Source of the DNA: Tubiluchus corallicola
Lineage: Eukaryota; Animalia; Priapulida
Reading direction: 5' to 3'
Length of the DNA: 64,000 nt
Assembly: GCA_030141605.1 (NCBI GenBank)
Contig: JAQGDQ010000216.1
Location: 162,641 to 226,640, forward strand
Of the stretch, positions 20,939-31,781 are shown piece after piece; the stretch's first letter is position 1; the number at the start of each line of letters is the position of its first letter. Under the pieces are notes generated by a model. That model saw only the letters and a list, made by a program, of their open reading frames with translations, made no database searches and had not been told where the DNA came from. The translations under genes and the position numbers were made by a program.

Positions 20939-23767
20939 TTAACGAAGTGTTTCTTTGTGTTGGGATATTTTGGGGTAGAGGTATTTCCCTGTGTGAGATC
21001 TACTGCATTTTACAAGGTTTTCTGGTGTTCCTTCAAATACTACTTCCCCTCCTTTGTCTCCGCCTTCTGCCCCTATGTCAATTATCCAGTCGGCAGATTT
21101 TATCACCTCCAAGTTGTGTTCAATAATCAAAACGGTATGCCCGCGATTTATAAGGGCATTAAGAGAGTTGAGCAGTATGTGAATGTCATAAAGGTGAAGG
21201 CCGGTGGTGGGTTCATCAAATATGAAAAGGGTAGGGGAGCTTTTCTCTTTTGATAGGAAGTATGCAAGTTTTACTCTTTGGCTTTCACCACCTGAAAGAG
21301 TACTTGATGATTGCCCCAGTTTAAGGTATCCCAACCCCACATTTTGCAAGGGTTTTAATTTTTTTACGATTTTTTTGCAATAAGAGTTGTTTTGGTCTCC
21401 AAAGAAAGTTAGTGCCTGGTTTACTGTCAGCTCAAGGATATCGTTAATGTTTTTCTCCATAAACGTGACCTCAAGTATATCTGCTTTAAATCTTTTCCCT
21501 TTGCAGCTTTCACATGTAAGGTGTATGTCTGCCATAAATTGCATTTCTACCTTTATAATTCCTTCTCCCTGGCACTCTTCACATCGTCCCCCATCAATAT
21601 TGAACGAAAAATGGGATGCTTTGAAGTTGTTTATTTTTGATGCCTGTTGGTCTGCATACAGTTTTCTAATATCGTCATACGCTTTGAGGTAAGTGACAGG
21701 GTTTGATCGTGATGATTTTCCGATAGGGTTTTGGTCTACAAGCTCAACGCCTGCAAGAAGGTTCATATCTCCTTGCAGTCTGGAGTGGCTCCCCGTTTTT
21801 TCTCCGTAGCCCCCATAGTATTTGTTCAAAGCGGGAAATAGGGTATTTCTTACAAGTGAGGATTTCCCTGAGCCGCTAACTCCTGTGACTGCTGTCATAA
21901 TGTTTAACGGAAATTTTACATCAATACTTTTCAGGTTGTTTTCAGAAGCTTCTGTTATTTCAATAAAGCTGCTCCATTTTCTTCGTTTTGTGGGTGTCTC
22001 AATAAGCTTTTTCTTATTGAGATATTGAGCAGTAATACTTTTCTCTTCCTGTTTTAGCTTTTCAGCTGTTCCCTGAAAAATAATATTACCTCCATTGATT
22101 CCAGCCATTGGCCCAATGTCAATTAATTCATCAGCGGCGCGGATAATATCTTCATCGTGCTCTACTACAATAACTGTATTTCCAAGTTGTTGTAACCTGC
22201 GCAAAACGGTAATTAGTCTTTCTGTGTCTCTGGGGTGTAGCCCTATTGAAGGTTCGTCAAGTATATACATAGAGCCTACAAGGCTGCTACCCAGGGATGT
22301 TGCAAGGTTGATTCGCTGTGACTCCCCTCCTGACATGCTTGATGACAGGCGGTTAAGTGTTAGGTAACCCAGCCCTACGTCACAGAGAAATCCTAGGCGA
22401 TTTTTTATTTCTGTTAGTAGTCGTCCTGCAATTTCCAAGTCATGCGATGTTAGTTTTATGTTTTCAATGCGGTGCTTTAATACCGATACAGGCAGGTTAA
22501 TTAATTCCTGTATTGAGCTCCCATTTATCTTAACATATCCTGCCTCTTTTTTTATACGGGTTCCAAGGCATTCATTACATCTTGTTTTACCTCTGTAGCG
22601 CGACAGCATTACCCGGTATTGTATTTTATAAGATTTACTTTCGATTTGATCAAAAAAGCTGTTTAGTCCTTTGAAGTAACTATTTCCTGTCCATAGCAGA
22701 CTCTTTTGTTGTTCGTCAAGCTCATAAAATGGTTTATGAATAGGAAATCCAAACTTATCTGCACTGAGGAGTAGCCTGTCTTTCCATTTACTCATTTTTT
22801 CACCTTTCCAGCAGACAATAGCATCACTATAGATTGATAGTGATTTGTTGGGTATGACAAGGTCCTCATCGATACCTATTATTTTACCACTACCCTCACA
22901 CTTTGGGCATGCTCCAACAGGGTTGTTGAAGCTAAACATGTGAGGTGTAGGCTCTTCAAATTCTATTCCATCAACTTCGAAGCTGTTTGAGAAGTGCTCT
23001 TCGTTGGCAGAATCATCATCTTTTAAAACCTTAACAATGCATGTTCCTTTACCCTCATAGAATGCAGTCTGTACAGAGTCTGCAACTCTACTTTCCTCTC
23101 TGCTGTCTTTAGAAATAGATATTCTGTCTATTACAATACGTACATTCTTATCATTTGCTATCTGTTCAATTTTATCATCCTCTGACATTTTGATAATCTC
23201 TCCATCGATTTCAATGCGGGTAAATCCTTGTTGACGAAGTATATGTATGTCTTGCAGTAATGTTCTGTCACTTTTATGGCGTATAGGAGAAAGCAACATT
23301 ACCCGGGTTTTGCCAGGGAGAGAGTATATATAATCCACAACATCGCTGGCCTGGTGGCGAATGACCTCTTTCCCCGATACTGGAGAGACTGTCTTGCCTA
23401 TTCTTGCGAATAGCAGTTTCAGGTAGTCGTAAATTTCTGTAGATGTGCCAACAGTAGATCTTGGATTTCTAGTATTTGTTTTTTGCTCAATAGCAATTGC
23501 TGGTGGTATGCCTTTTACATAATCTACCTCCGGTTTATCAATTTTGCCCAAAAATTGCCGTGCGTAGGAGGACAGGCTTTCCACATAACGTCTTTGTCCT
23601 TCTGCAAATAGTGTGTCAAAGGCAAGTGATGATTTACCGGAACCGGATAGGCCTGTTATTACAATGAACCTGTTTAAAGGTATTGTCAAGTCTATGTTTT
23701 TTAGATTATGAACCCTGGCACCTTTGATTTTTATGCTTTTGGTATCTGAAACGGTGTGTTTGATCAT
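20939..23767 (-). CDS. uvrA: Excinuclease ABC subunit A
   Basis: Two ABC ATPase modules ([14 protein letters not shown]; [10 protein letters not shown]), [11 protein letters not shown], zinc fingers and SGGESQR signatures. Confidence 0.97.
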   Translation of the reverse strand: MIKHTVSDTKSIKIKGARVHNLKNIDLTIPLNRFIVITGLSGSGKSSLAFDTLFAEGQRRYVESLSSYARQFLGKIDKPEVDYVKGIPPAIAIEQKTNTRNPRSTVGTSTEIYDYLKLLFARIGKTVSPVSGKEVIRHQASDVVDYIYSLPGKTRVMLLSPIRHKSDRTLLQDIHILRQQGFTRIEIDGEIIKMSEDDKIEQIANDKNVRIVIDRISISKDSREESRVADSVQTAFYEGKGTCIVKVLKDDDSANEEHFSNSFEVDGIEFEEPTPHMFSFNNPVGACPKCEGSGKIIGIDEDLVIPNKSLSIYSDAIVCWKGEKMSKWKDRLLLSADKFGFPIHKPFYELDEQQKSLLWTGNSYFKGLNSFFDQIESKSYKIQYRVMLSRYRGKTRCNECLGTRIKKEAGYVKINGSSIQELINLPVSVLKHRIENIKLTSHDLEIAGRLLTEIKNRLGFLCDVGLGYLTLNRLSSSMSGGESQRINLATSLGSSLVGSMYILDEPSIGLHPRDTERLITVLRRLQQLGNTVIVVEHDEDIIRAADELIDIGPMAGINGGNIIFQGTAEKLKQEEKSITAQYLNKKKLIETPTKRRKWSSFIEITEASENNLKSIDVKFPLNIMTAVTGVSGSGKSSLVRNTLFPALNKYYGGYGEKTGSHSRLQGDMNLLAGVELVDQNPIGKSSRSNPVTYLKAYDDIRKLYADQQASKINNFKASHFSFNIDGGRCEECQGEGIIKVEMQFMADIHLTCESCKGKRFKADILEVTFMEKNINDILELTVNQALTFFGDQNNSYCKKIVKKLKPLQNVGLGYLKLGQSSSTLSGGESQRVKLAYFLSKEKSSPTLFIFDEPTTGLHLYDIHILLNSLNALINRGHTVLIIEHNLEVIKSADWIIDIGAEGGDKGGEVVFEGTPENLVKCSRSHTGKYLYPKISQHKETLR

Positions 23768-23792
23768 TCAGAATATGGTTTGGGCAATTAGA

Positions 23793-23840
23793 TTTGTTTC
23801 TGTAAAAAGTTTTTATGTACATTTGCGCAGTACAAAGTTA
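23793..23840. promoter_or_regulatory. Overlapping divergent sigma-A promoters for uvrA and the ECF sigma gene
   Basis: + strand TTTG (23793-23796), 21-nt spacer, TACATTTG (23818-23825). - strand TAACTTTG (23833-23840). Confidence 0.6.
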
Positions 23841-23921
23841 TAATAGTTTTTGAATCAATATTGAAAAATAGAACTGCCTATGAACTATATTTCTACTTTT
23901 GAAACCAAAATTTAAGTAACT

Positions 23922-24515
23922 ATGGCAGATTTAAAGAAAATGGATGACTTTACGCTTGTCCAGAAGTTTATCGATGGGGATCAGGAAGCTTTTGATGCCC
24001 TCGCAGCAAGGCACAAAAACCGTGTTTATACTTATATTTTTTTAATTGTTAGAAATAATGTGACCGCAGAGGATATTTTTCAGGATACTTTTATCAAGGT
24101 TATCCAGTCACTAAAAAATGGGAAGTATACAGATAACGGCAAGTTTATTTCTTGGGTTCTCAGAATAGCTCATAACCTGGTCATAGATCATTTTCGTAAA
24201 GAGAAGTATTCGAAGGTGATTTCCAATGATGATACAGAGATTGATCTTTTCAATTCTTCTAAATTTTCTGATGAAAATATTGAAGATAACTTAGTTCAAA
24301 AGCAGATATTCCAAGAGGTGAGATTTTTGGTTGATGAGTTACCGGAAGATCAAAAGCAGGTTATAGTTCTAAGATACTATATGGAGTTGAGTTTCAAGAA
24401 TATAGCAGAGCAGACAGGGGTTTCTATAAATACTGCTTTGGGTAGAATGAGGTACGCCTTGATCAACCTGCGGAAGTTGATAGAACAAAAAAATATCATC
24501 CTAACTTTATCATAG
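23922..24515 (+). CDS. ECF-type RNA polymerase sigma-70 factor
   Basis: AEDIFQDTFIKV and WVLRIAHNLVIDHFRK (region 2); LPEDQKQVIVLRYY..SINTALGRMRYA (region 4). Confidence 0.92.
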   Translation: MADLKKMDDFTLVQKFIDGDQEAFDALAARHKNRVYTYIFLIVRNNVTAEDIFQDTFIKVIQSLKNGKYTDNGKFISWVLRIAHNLVIDHFRKEKYSKVISNDDTEIDLFNSSKFSDENIEDNLVQKQIFQEVRFLVDELPEDQKQVIVLRYYMELSFKNIAEQTGVSINTALGRMRYALINLRKLIEQKNIILTLS

Positions 24516-24629
24516 ACATTCTATTGCCTAGTGCAGTAAAAAGTTTTGAAATGGGACAGTAATAAATTGGTCCCATTTTTCGTTCTAACAGGTACAAGTA
24601 ATTCTTTATTAAATTTAAAATTGTAGCCT

Positions 24630-24842
24630 ATGAGAATCTCTACTTTGTATTATGACTCATTACTGCAAGTAGAAGGGGATAACACACAGGTGCCTAGTAT
24701 GAAGGATGTTATCAGGGTGATGGATAAAAGTGGCATTGTGATTGAACCTCCATCAAGATTAGTTCGACGTATTGTCGATTTTGCGTGTCAATATGCAACT
24801 GTTGAGGCAGGCAATGTTACTTGGAGTTTGAGCATGAACTGA
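24630..24842 (+). CDS. Small hypothetical protein downstream of ECF sigma
   Basis: 70-aa ORF with an AT-rich translation-initiation region, followed by a terminator. Confidence 0.6.
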   Translation: MRISTLYYDSLLQVEGDNTQVPSMKDVIRVMDKSGIVIEPPSRLVRRIVDFACQYATVEAGNVTWSLSMN

Positions 24843-24862
24843 TAAGTTTGATTTGAAAAGTA

Positions 24863-24895
24863 TAGCCTGTTTAGTTTTAAGCAGGCTAATTTTTT
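24863..24895 (+). terminator. Intrinsic terminator
   Basis: TAGCCTGTTTA-gttt-TAAGCAGGCTA hairpin followed by a T-run. Confidence 0.75.
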
Positions 24896-25244
24896 GCTTT
24901 TTGCATTTGTGATTAAGATTTTGAACCTTTTGTGAAATTCATCTTTCTATTTAGTATTTTTATTAAAATCCTCAATTGTATCAGCAAGTTGCGGTCTTAT
25001 CATTGATTTTTTCTTCAATCAGATTCAAGTGCTCTTTTGCCTTTGCAAAGGTCTCATTTTTTTAAATGTTGTCTAAACTCTTTGTTCCCAATTTTAAAAT
25101 GAATTAATTTTGTATCGCCTTTATGAAAATTGTCTTTTTTAAGGCTGGATTTTTTTATTTGTCAGCCGAATCGTAATCATTAGCTGCGCAAGTGTAATGT
25201 TTTGATTGTTAGTTGTTTTAAAGATTTAAAGATTAAAAAGTGTT

Positions 25245-26906
25245 ATGAGTAAAAGTTCTTTACAAATTGAGAGAGCAAAGTATTCCCCCAAGCTGCCTAA
25301 GGCTTTACGTGGGGGTGGGGGTATAAAAGTTGTGGAGGGAGAGAGTACTGTCCCTGTAGCTAATGTGGATGATATTAAAAGTCTATTCCCCAATACTTGT
25401 GGAATGCCTCTTTTGTCTATTGAGGCGGGAGCTGAGCCAGTGGATTTGCCGGAGGTTGGCGTTGGTATTATTTTATCAGGCGGGCAGGCTCCGGGTGGGC
25501 ACAATGTTATTTCAGGGATTTTTGACGGGTTAAAAAGGCTGAATTCGAGTAATAGACTTTATGGCTTTCTTGGTGGTCCGGGCGGTCTTGTTGATCATAA
25601 GTATATAGAGCTTACTGATAAGCTTATTGATGAGTACAGAAATACTGGAGGGTTTGATATTATTGGTTCGGGGAGAACAAAGCTTGAGGAGGAGTGGCAG
25701 TTTGACAAGGGTGTTGAAATATGTAAAGCTTTAAATATAAGCGCCTTGGTTATTATAGGGGGTGATGATTCCAACACAAATGCATGTGTGCTGGCAGAGT
25801 ACTATCTTCAGAAAGGCACAGGAATTAAGGTGATAGGATGCCCCAAGACAATTGATGGTGATTTGAAAAACGATATGATAGAGACATCATTTGGGTTTGA
25901 TACTGCTTGTAAGGTGTATTCGGAGTTGATTGGCAATATCATGCGTGATGCTAATTCTGCAAAGAAATACTGGCACTTTATTAAGTTAATGGGGCGCTCT
26001 GCGTCGCATATCGGGCTTGAGTGTGCGTTACAGTGTAGTCCTAATATTTGCCTTATTTCAGAGGAGGTTGCAGAAAAAGAGCAAACGCTTGACGAGATAG
26101 TCGACTACATGGCAGGTGTTGTGGCTTTGCGTTCGAAGAGGGGAGAAGATTTTGGTGTTGCTCTTATTCCTGAAGGGTTGATAGAGTTTATTCCTGAGAT
26201 GAAGGCGTTGATAGCTGAGTTGAATGAGTTGCTTGCGGAAGGTTGTGATACTGCAAATGAGTTTAAAAAGAAAGGGAGTGATAAGGATAAGCGCCAGTAT
26301 GTTATTTCGCAGCTTTCCGAGTCTTCCGCTAAAGTTTATGCTTCGCTGCCGGAAGGAATTGCAAGGCAGTTAACACTTGACCGCGACCCACACGGAAATG
26401 TGCAAGTGTCTAAGATTGAGACGGAAAAGCTTTTGATTGAGATGGTTGAGGTGAGGTTGAAAGGCATGAAGGAGGAGGGCGGATATACGGGGAAGTTTTC
26501 TGCTCAGAGTCACTTTTTCGGATATGAGGGGCGTTGTGCAGCTCCTTCAAATTTTGATGCAGATTACTGTTATTCATTGGGGTTTACTGCATCTGTACTT
26601 ATAGCGGAAGGGAAAACCGGATATATGGCGTCAGTTAGAAATACTATATTACCTGCTGAGCAGTGGGTTGCCGGGGGGGTTCCTGTAACTATGATGATGA
26701 ATATGGAGCGTCGTCACGGGCATATGAAACCTGTTATTCAGAAAGCTTTAGTTGCGCTTGATGGGGCACCGTTTAAAGTGTTTGCAGAGAGGCGTGAGGA
26801 GTGGGCAGCTAAGACATTATATGTTTACCCAGGTCCTATACAGTACTGGGGGCCTTCGAAAGTTTGTGATCAAGCCACCAAAACATTAGAGCTAGAGAAA
26901 GCCTGA
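25245..26906 (+). CDS. pfp: Pyrophosphate-dependent phosphofructokinase (long clade)
   Basis: [40 protein letters not shown] and FGYEGRC motifs. Confidence 0.95.
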   Translation: MSKSSLQIERAKYSPKLPKALRGGGGIKVVEGESTVPVANVDDIKSLFPNTCGMPLLSIEAGAEPVDLPEVGVGIILSGGQAPGGHNVISGIFDGLKRLNSSNRLYGFLGGPGGLVDHKYIELTDKLIDEYRNTGGFDIIGSGRTKLEEEWQFDKGVEICKALNISALVIIGGDDSNTNACVLAEYYLQKGTGIKVIGCPKTIDGDLKNDMIETSFGFDTACKVYSELIGNIMRDANSAKKYWHFIKLMGRSASHIGLECALQCSPNICLISEEVAEKEQTLDEIVDYMAGVVALRSKRGEDFGVALIPEGLIEFIPEMKALIAELNELLAEGCDTANEFKKKGSDKDKRQYVISQLSESSAKVYASLPEGIARQLTLDRDPHGNVQVSKIETEKLLIEMVEVRLKGMKEEGGYTGKFSAQSHFFGYEGRCAAPSNFDADYCYSLGFTASVLIAEGKTGYMASVRNTILPAEQWVAGGVPVTMMMNMERRHGHMKPVIQKALVALDGAPFKVFAERREEWAAKTLYVYPGPIQYWGPSKVCDQATKTLELEKA

Positions 26907-27033
26907 CCTTTTATGGAGGAAGGGTGGAGTTGAGTTTTTTTGGGTGGTATTGTAGTAAGTCCTTTTATTGGTATTTGTGGCTATTGAGGAAGCTACAGTA
27001 GCGATCTTTACTAAAATTCACTTTCATAAGTTT

Positions 27034-28086
27034 ATGAGTGAAAGTATTATCTATATTCACAGTGGTCGTGTAACCTTTGTTAAGAGGGACATAGATATTT
27101 TGAGCAAGCATTATGGCGTTAAAGAGTTTTATTTTAGCCCTTACAAGGATTTAAGAATAGGGTACTCTTTTTTCAGGCAGTTTGCTTTTATGATGAGATA
27201 TCTTTTTGTCTGCAAGGCTGTTTTTGTAATGTTTGGCGGGTATTTTTCGCTGCTGCCTGCTATTTTAGGAAAGTTGTTTGGGAAGCCTGTATATATTATT
27301 TTAGGGGGATCGGATTGCGTCTCTTTTCCATCTATTAATTATGGTAGCTTTAGAAAGCCTTCTATTGCTTTTTTTCTGAAGTGGTCATATCGGCTGGCAA
27401 CTAGGTTGTTGCCAGTAGACGATTCACTTATATTTCAGAACTACACATATCACAATAAAGACTATGATAAACAGGGAGTTAAGTTTTTTCTGCCGAGTTT
27501 AAAAACGCCTTACACTACTGTTTACAATGGTTTTGATGTTAGTGAGCAAAGCAATGGGCCAAAGAGAAAAAATACTTTTATTACAGTTGCCAATGTTGAT
27601 AGCAATATGAGGTTTGAGCTCAAAGGGATAGATTTAATTTTAGAGTTGGCTCCTGAATTTGTTGACAGCTGCTTTGTTATTGTTGGGCTGGATGAAGATA
27701 TAAAGAGGCAGATGAAAGATATCCCGGATAATGTTAAATGCTATTCTTTTTTACCTACTAGCGAGTTTAAACACTTATTGGATGAGAGTGAGTTTTATTT
27801 GCAATTGTCAATTTCAGAAGGCTTCCCTAATGCATTGTGTGAAGCTATGCTGCACGGGTGTATTCCTATTGGCTCTGATGTGGCTGCAATACCTCATATA
27901 GTGGCAGACACAGGTTTTATATTAAAAAAGCGTGACGTAAGTGAGCTTAAAAGGGTAGTAGCTACTGCTGTTAACATTAAAAATAGAGAGGAGCTAGGCA
28001 GAAAAGCGCAACAGAGGGTTGCTGAAAATTTTTCATTGGAGAGGAGAGAGAGAGCATTTACAGATATTATTAAACGGGGGGAGTAA
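27034..28086 (+). CDS. Glycosyltransferase family 4 (GT-B)
   Basis: VYNG, KGID and SEGFPNALCEAMLHGCIPIGSDVAAIP motifs. ATG 27034 preferred over TTG 26968. Confidence 0.85.
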   Translation: MSESIIYIHSGRVTFVKRDIDILSKHYGVKEFYFSPYKDLRIGYSFFRQFAFMMRYLFVCKAVFVMFGGYFSLLPAILGKLFGKPVYIILGGSDCVSFPSINYGSFRKPSIAFFLKWSYRLATRLLPVDDSLIFQNYTYHNKDYDKQGVKFFLPSLKTPYTTVYNGFDVSEQSNGPKRKNTFITVANVDSNMRFELKGIDLILELAPEFVDSCFVIVGLDEDIKRQMKDIPDNVKCYSFLPTSEFKHLLDESEFYLQLSISEGFPNALCEAMLHGCIPIGSDVAAIPHIVADTGFILKKRDVSELKRVVATAVNIKNREELGRKAQQRVAENFSLERRERAFTDIIKRGE

Positions 28087-28268
28087 TCATTTTTTGGTAT
28101 TTGATTTATGTGTTTGGCAGATTTGCAGGAGATAGCCAAATATGTTTGCAGCTTTTGAGTAAAAGCCTTTTCGTCTTGTATAAAGGCTTTGGTTTTTTAA
28201 TAATTATAGCTTTTCTTCTGGCGGAAGTGTTTTTTTTTACCCTTTTTTTGCCTTCCTTTACAAAGAAT

Positions 28269-28331
28269 ATGAATCATAGTAGTTTAATATGGCTTTGGCT
28301 GGTTTTTTTCGCAGGTTATTGCGGGAAGTAG
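28269..28331 (+). CDS. trpL: trp operon leader peptide (MNHSSLIWLWLVFFAGYCGK)
   Basis: 20-codon ORF with TGG codons at 28290 and 28296, upstream of trpE and overlapping the attenuator hairpins. Confidence 0.75.
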   Translation: MNHSSLIWLWLVFFAGYCGK

Positions 28332-28395
28332 AAGCTATATTGTAATTTTAACAGGATATATAAGGCTTACTTTCTGCAGAGTAGGTCTTTTTTTT
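28305..28395 (+). promoter_or_regulatory. Ribosome-mediated transcription attenuator of the trp operon
   Basis: Protector TTTTTCGCA/TGCGGGAAG. Antiterminator GCGGGAAGTA (28321-28330)/TACTTTCTGC (28368-28377). Terminator AGGCTTACT (28363-28371)/AGTAGGTCT (28380-28388) plus T-run. Pairings include G-U. Confidence 0.75.
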
Positions 28396-28668
28396 ATTGT
28401 AAAAACAGTAGAAAGGGCGATTACAGTTGCGATGTTTTTACAAGGCAGTAGGTTTTGGTTTAGTGTGAGGGAAATTTTTGATAAAAAGCTCGGTTTGTTA
28501 GTGTAGATGAAGGTTTTGAAGAGGGTTTTGACGGAAGTATTTAAAAAAAGATAAGTTTTGCAAGGGTTTTTTGTTGTGTGTATAGCAAAGTTGCCTGGTG
28601 GTGCAGAGATGATTAGTTGTTAATAGCTTTAGGGGATTGAGATGTTTAAAGTTATCTAGTTTAGAGCA

Positions 28669-30087
28669 ATGGGTAATACAGGTAAGGTAAGGTTTAAAGT
28701 GAAATTAAGGGAGATATTGGCAGACACTGTAACACCTGTTAGTATTTTTCTGAAAGTACGGGATGTGTATCCCAATTCAATTTTGCTCGAGAGCTCAGAT
28801 TATCATGGGCATGAAAATAGTTACTCTTTTATTGGGATAAGCCCGGAGGCATCGTTTATTGTGGAGAATGGGATGATAAAAAGCACTTTCCCCGGAGAGA
28901 GAGAGGTTGTTGTTCCTGCAGGCAGAAAAGGGGAGGTTGTTGGTAGACTCGATGCATTTTTAAAGTCTTTTGCTCCTGTTAATAGCCCCACAGGTTTTCT
29001 TGCAAGCGGACTGTTTGGGTATGTTAGTTTTGATGGTGTGCAGCACTTTGAAAGCATCAGCTTCAAGAACAGGGTGGAGGAGGAGTGCAGGATCCCGGAT
29101 ATCTGTTATTCATTCTACCGATATATTATTGCAATAAACCATTACCAGAATAAGATACAGCTTGTTGAGAACATTATTGAAGGGGGGAGTTCGGATATTG
29201 ATAAGTTAGAAAGCCTGATTACTAGCCAAAGTTTTGCTTCTTTTCCTTTTGAGGCACAGGGGCAGGAGCATTCCAATGTTACTGATGAGGAGTATATTAG
29301 AATGGTGTCGAAAGGGAAGGAGCACTGTTTTAGGGGCGATGTGTTTCAGATTGTTTTGTCAAGGCAATATTCACAGTCTTTTATTGGAGATGAATTTAAT
29401 GTGTACAGAGCTTTACGCTCTATCAACCCTTCACCATATCTTTTTTATTTTGACTATGGGAGCTACAGAATTTTTGGCTCTTCTCCTGAGGCTCAGCTTC
29501 AGATAGAGAAGGGGAAGGTATCAATTAATCCTATTGCGGGAACTTTTCGCCGCACAGGGAACGATGAACAGGACAAGCAACTTGCCAGGCAACTGTCAAA
29601 TGATCCAAAGGAGAATGCGGAGCATGTTATGCTTGTAGATCTTGCGAGAAATGACCTTAGTCGTAACGCTACAAGAGTAGAGGTTGAGAGCTACAGAGAG
29701 GTGCAATATTTTTCTCATGTTTTGCATCTTGTTTCTAAAGTTACAGGTGAGTTGCCAGATGGGAGTAATCCATTTAAAGTTATGGGGGACTCACTCCCGG
29801 CAGGAACGCTTTCTGGCGCGCCCAAGTTCAGGGCAATGGAGCTGATTGACCATTATGAAAACAGGAATAGAGGGTATTATGGTGGATGTATTGGATTTGT
29901 TGGGTTTAACGGGTATTTCAACCACGCTATTATGATCCGCTCATTCCTAAGCAAAGACAACACGCTTTTTTATCAGGCTGGGGCGGGCATTGTTGCTGAG
30001 TCAAAGGAGGAAATGGAGTTGCAGGAGGTTGAGAACAAGCTTGCAGCTTTAAAAAAGGCGGTAAGGATAGCAGAAAATATTTCGTAA
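28669..30087 (+). CDS. trpE: Anthranilate synthase component I
   Basis: ADTVTPVS, LLES, GDVFQIVLS, NPSPY, SSPE, PIAGT, EHVMLVDLARND, PAGTLSGAPK and QAGAGIV motifs. Confidence 0.96.
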   Translation: MGNTGKVRFKVKLREILADTVTPVSIFLKVRDVYPNSILLESSDYHGHENSYSFIGISPEASFIVENGMIKSTFPGEREVVVPAGRKGEVVGRLDAFLKSFAPVNSPTGFLASGLFGYVSFDGVQHFESISFKNRVEEECRIPDICYSFYRYIIAINHYQNKIQLVENIIEGGSSDIDKLESLITSQSFASFPFEAQGQEHSNVTDEEYIRMVSKGKEHCFRGDVFQIVLSRQYSQSFIGDEFNVYRALRSINPSPYLFYFDYGSYRIFGSSPEAQLQIEKGKVSINPIAGTFRRTGNDEQDKQLARQLSNDPKENAEHVMLVDLARNDLSRNATRVEVESYREVQYFSHVLHLVSKVTGELPDGSNPFKVMGDSLPAGTLSGAPKFRAMELIDHYENRNRGYYGGCIGFVGFNGYFNHAIMIRSFLSKDNTLFYQAGAGIVAESKEEMELQEVENKLAALKKAVRIAENIS

Positions 30088-30105
30088 AGAGAGGGGGTAG
30101 TTAGA

Positions 30106-30672
30106 ATGAAAATATTGATAATAGATAATTACGACTCTTTTACTTATAATCTGTTACATGCATTGAAGCAGTTTAGGGGAGTCGATGTTGTTGTAAAGAG
30201 GAATGATGAGGTGGATATAGAGGAGCCTGCGCAGTATGATAAGATTGTTTTGTCTCCTGGCCCTGGTATTCCTGAAGAGGCAGGGCTTATGCCTGCTGTG
30301 GTGGAGCGGTACACGGGTGTAAAGCCATTTCTTGGGGTGTGTCTGGGACATCAGGCGATAGCGGAAAGGTTTGGGGCAAAGTTGAGAAATATGCACAGTG
30401 TGTTTCATGGGGTAGCAACCTCTATTACTATTTCCAGCAGTACCTATCTGTTTAATGAGTTGCCTGATGTTTTTGAGGTGGGGCGCTATCATTCCTGGGT
30501 TGTTGAGAGAGAAGGGCTTCCGTCCTGTATAGAGGTAACAAGTGTTGACGAAGAGGGGAGAATTATGTCACTAAGGCATAAAGAGTATGATATGCAGGGG
30601 GTACAGTTTCATCCTGAGTCGGTGCTTACCCCTGTTGGAGAAAAGATTCTTAGAAACTGGATTGGGCATTAA
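30106..30672 (+). CDS. trpG: Anthranilate synthase component II (glutamine amidotransferase)
   Basis: IDNYDSFTYNL, LSPGPG, GVCLGHQ, RYHS and QFHPES motifs. Confidence 0.95.
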   Translation: MKILIIDNYDSFTYNLLHALKQFRGVDVVVKRNDEVDIEEPAQYDKIVLSPGPGIPEEAGLMPAVVERYTGVKPFLGVCLGHQAIAERFGAKLRNMHSVFHGVATSITISSSTYLFNELPDVFEVGRYHSWVVEREGLPSCIEVTSVDEEGRIMSLRHKEYDMQGVQFHPESVLTPVGEKILRNWIGH

Positions 30673-30743
30673 CAGAAGCCTGTGTGTTGATGATATATAG
30701 TTGTTGATTTAAAGATGCATAAAGAGATACAATGAGGTGCAAT

Positions 30744-31736
30744 ATGAGGGAGATACTTAGCTATCTGTTTGAGTATAAAAAGCTTTCTTTACAGGAAGCG
30801 GAGGAGGTGCTTCTTAAGGTAACAAAGGGGGAGTATTCTGATGCTGAGATTGCATCATTTGTAACTGTCTTCAATATGCGGGCAGTTAGCATAGATGAGT
30901 TGTCCGGTTTCAGGAATGCTTTGTTAAAAACTTGTCTTCCGATTGATTTTTCCGATTTTAATACTATTGATTTGTGTGGAACCGGGGGGGATGGGAGAGA
31001 CACTTTCAATATTTCCACTTTGAGTGCATTTGTTGTTGCCGGAGCGGGGGAGAAGGTGGCAAAGCACGGAAATTATGGAGCATCATCAAGTTGTGGTTCT
31101 TCAAATGTTATGGAGTATTTGGGGTATCGCTTTGATAGTGATCAGGAGAGACTGAGGAAGGAGCTGGATGTGTGTGGAATAACGTTTCTTCATGCACCAC
31201 TTTTTAATTCTGCTATGAAGAATGTGGCTCAGGTGAGACGTGCTTTGCGGTTAAAGACTTTTTTCAATATACTGGGGCCGATGGTCAACCCCTCCCGTCC
31301 CAAGAACCAGATGGTCGGAGTTTTCAGTCTTGAGCTGGCAAGGATGTATAGCTACTTGTATCAAAAGAGTGATGTAAATTATTGTATTGTACACAGCCTG
31401 GATGGTTATGATGAGGTTTCACTGACAGGCAGCTTTAAGTTGCTCTCAAATAGAGTTGATAGAATAGTGGAGCCTAGCGAGATGGGGTTTTCATCTGTGA
31501 GGCCGGAGGAGTTGGCCGGCAAAGGAGATGTTGCTGGTACAGCAGAGATATTTATGAGTGTGCTAAAGGGGAAGGGTACTAATGCGCAGAACAGCGTTGT
31601 TATTGCAAATTCTGCCTTGGCGATGAGCTGCTATAACAGAGACAGAGATATTGACAGCTATGTTGAGCGCGCGCGTTCATCGCTGTTGGGAGGGAAAGCG
31701 CTTGCGGTCTTTAATAAGCTGATGGGTATGCAGTGA
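30744..31736 (+). CDS. trpD: Anthranilate phosphoribosyltransferase
   Basis: DLCGTGGDG, FNIST, AKHGNY, KTFFNILGP and DGYDE motifs. Start is 30744 or 30732. Confidence 0.95.
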   Translation: MREILSYLFEYKKLSLQEAEEVLLKVTKGEYSDAEIASFVTVFNMRAVSIDELSGFRNALLKTCLPIDFSDFNTIDLCGTGGDGRDTFNISTLSAFVVAGAGEKVAKHGNYGASSSCGSSNVMEYLGYRFDSDQERLRKELDVCGITFLHAPLFNSAMKNVAQVRRALRLKTFFNILGPMVNPSRPKNQMVGVFSLELARMYSYLYQKSDVNYCIVHSLDGYDEVSLTGSFKLLSNRVDRIVEPSEMGFSSVRPEELAGKGDVAGTAEIFMSVLKGKGTNAQNSVVIANSALAMSCYNRDRDIDSYVERARSSLLGGKALAVFNKLMGMQ

Positions 31737-31781
31737 TGCTTATATGTGTTTTCTTTTGTAGGTTAATTTTAAAATATACTG

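Noticed and set aside
20629-21253. Short ORFs overlapping or adjoining the uvrA 3' end
   Set aside because: Antisense or shadow frames with no motifs; the same applies to most sub-130-aa ORFs nested within long genes in the track
25311-25321. G-run in pfp (GGGGGTGGGGG) as a phase-variation tract
   Set aside because: The run is interrupted and in frame, and is consistent with the general G skew in a housekeeping gene
28101-28268. N-terminal extension of the 76-aa ORF containing the trp leader
   Set aside because: T-rich promoter-like DNA; only the last 20 codons from ATG 28269 fit a leader peptide
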